Positions 62,265-64,000 of a DNA stretch of 64,000 bases are shown here, in pieces. The stretch spans positions 13,454,001 through 13,518,000 of the forward strand of contig NC_083291.1 of NCBI RefSeq assembly GCF_963506605.1. Reading direction: 5' to 3'. The notes under the pieces were generated by a model, which saw only the letters and a list, made by a program, of their open reading frames with translations, was not told where the DNA came from and did not search any database. Source of the stretch: Zootoca vivipara. Its lineage: Eukaryota. Within the stretch, counting starts at the first letter, position 1, and each line of letters begins with the position of its first letter. Made by a program: the position numbers and the translations under genes.

Positions 62265-62640
62265 GGAGAGCAGGCGGAGATCATATTCTGAGGCCCTCCT
62301 TCATGTGCCTCCTCCTCCAGAGTTCCAGAGGGTGAAAACACGAGAAGGGGGCCTTCTTTGCAGTGGCTCCCCGTATGTGGAATGCTCTCTGCAGGGAAGT
62401 TCACCTGGCACCTTCATTGTACACTTTTAGGTGCCAGGCAAAAATGTTCCTTTTTAACTAGGCCTTTGGTTGAGCTGATTGACATCCTATGCCCTTTTAA
62501 AATGTGGCTCTTGGGCGGGGGGTGTTATTGGGTTTTTGATTTTATTTTGATTATATATATATTGTGGTTTTTGTTGAACTTTTCTGTGAACCGCTGAGAT
62601 CTCCAAGTATAGGACAGTATATAAATTCAATTAACAACAA
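62265..62640 (+). mobile_element. Old L2 3' fragment
   Basis: GGGCCTTCTTTGCAGTGGCTCCCCGTATGTGGAATGCTCT (A-F-x-V-A-P-x-x-W-N-A-L motif) and decayed L2 tail. Confidence 0.7.
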
Positions 62641-64000
62641 CAGGAACAGGAACTATAGAGGCAAACTAGACAACCAAACAACAACAACTATAGAGGAAAA
62701 CTAGACAACCAGAATTTCAGATGCTCTCGCTTCAGCAATGTAATTGTCTTTGAGAGTCACTGCCTGTTATTCTGGTCTGACTCGGCATAAACCTTTATAG
62801 CACGGCAGTTTAGACCATAGCTTGGGAGAATGCCAGAGATAGGGTTTGGCATGCCGTAACATAGATTTACTATCCAAAAGAAATATCAATGGCCTTGTTG
62901 GGATAAGTAGTGCCAAATTTCCCCTCTGGCTGCTGCTGAACCACTAACATCACATAAACAGAAATTCAGAGCAGCTATACTTTTTCTGTAAACATTCTGC
63001 ATTTCAAAGAATCAGAGGATAAATGCCAGAAGAGGTCTCAGGTCCTAGTGAGATCAAACAGAACGGTTAGCTAATCACTAAAAAAACAGCTTTGTACATT
63101 GTTCAGCAGTGGCACTAACCCTCATTTTAGGTCTTGCTCTCAAACTGCATATAAACTAACGGAAATATAATCTCTATTAGTGTGTAGAAATGTATATAGG
63201 TGGAGCAAGACAGACTTTCACTTTGAAATCGTTACTCTGGAAGTGCATCTTTCTCAACTGGGAGAGGGGGATGAAAAATTGGCAAGAATACTTTCTGAGC
63301 ATTCAAACAATTGATTTAGGGTTGTTCTAGAGGTGACTTTAAGCAAGTCTTTGAATCCCATGCTTGGGGTCTCTTTCCTAACACTACTTGCTGTCTGCTG
63401 ACTCCCCAGGGCTCCGCTTGTCAAGATGTAGCCTGTTTCTTCCTCGATTCTGCATAAGATTTAGAGTGAATTCGGAGAATGAAGCTATTAAATTCATGGT
63501 GCGATCTCTGAAAAAAAGACTGGAACAAAGGGAAAAGGGAAGAGGAGGAGATTGGGACACTAACACAACAGAAAACAAAAGGAAATTGAATTTGAGCATA
63601 TGGAACTAGGCATTAATTAAAGGGGGGGAATATTATTCCTATACTGTATGTGACCACAGTGGAAAAAAATTAATATGGGCCTGGATGGAAGAATTTATTA
63701 TTACCCAATATGGAGGAATGGGGGCAGGAATTAATGGAGGTAAAGTTAATTACTACTAATAATAACAATTTGGGAGTCCCTCTTGGACTTTCCGTGGGAA
63801 GAAGAAATGAATGATTTTGAGACACTTTGACTTAAAAGCAATATGGTTTAAGAAAAAGTGAAGAAGATGGATATTAACATGGACTGCATGTCTTAAATAA
63901 TCTTTTTATTGTGTAACCAGCAGATAGAAAAAACAGAAGCTTCCAATTTTTCATCTCTCTTTCTTTTCCCTTCTATTTTCCTCTCTTCTTTTCCTATTCC

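Noticed and set aside
63380-63960. Possible decayed L1 ORF2 fragment
   Set aside because: A-rich skew is suggestive, but no clean motif could be read and it runs toward the window edge.

Overview
Eukaryotic, repeat-rich DNA from a squamate reptile, most likely a lacertid lizard. The diagnostic elements are Sauria SINEs with (ACCTTT)n tails, Bov-B/RTE LINE fragments, L2/CR1/L1 fragments, Penelope-like termini, hAT and Tc1/pogo MITEs, and solo-LTR-like elements. I found no host protein-coding exon that I can identify. Every recognisable ORF is a decayed retroelement ORF2 fragment, so the window is probably a large intron or gene desert containing several TE-free blocks that may be regulatory. 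There is one assembly gap (16752-16882). Most notable observations: (1) a ~600-bp inverted duplication 27 kb apart (Sauria SINE plus ~230 bp of its 5' flank), with an identifiable donor and a possible circular-permutation junction; (2) two copies of a ~1.05-kb Bov-B derivative sharing the same internal-deletion junction; (3) a minimal hammerhead ribozyme motif in Penelope termini; (4) a composite DNA element carrying an L2 tail as cargo; (5) a hAT-like element with atypical, structured internal sequence. I see no convincing evidence of a wholly new biological system. Family names come from motif recognition, not from a database search.
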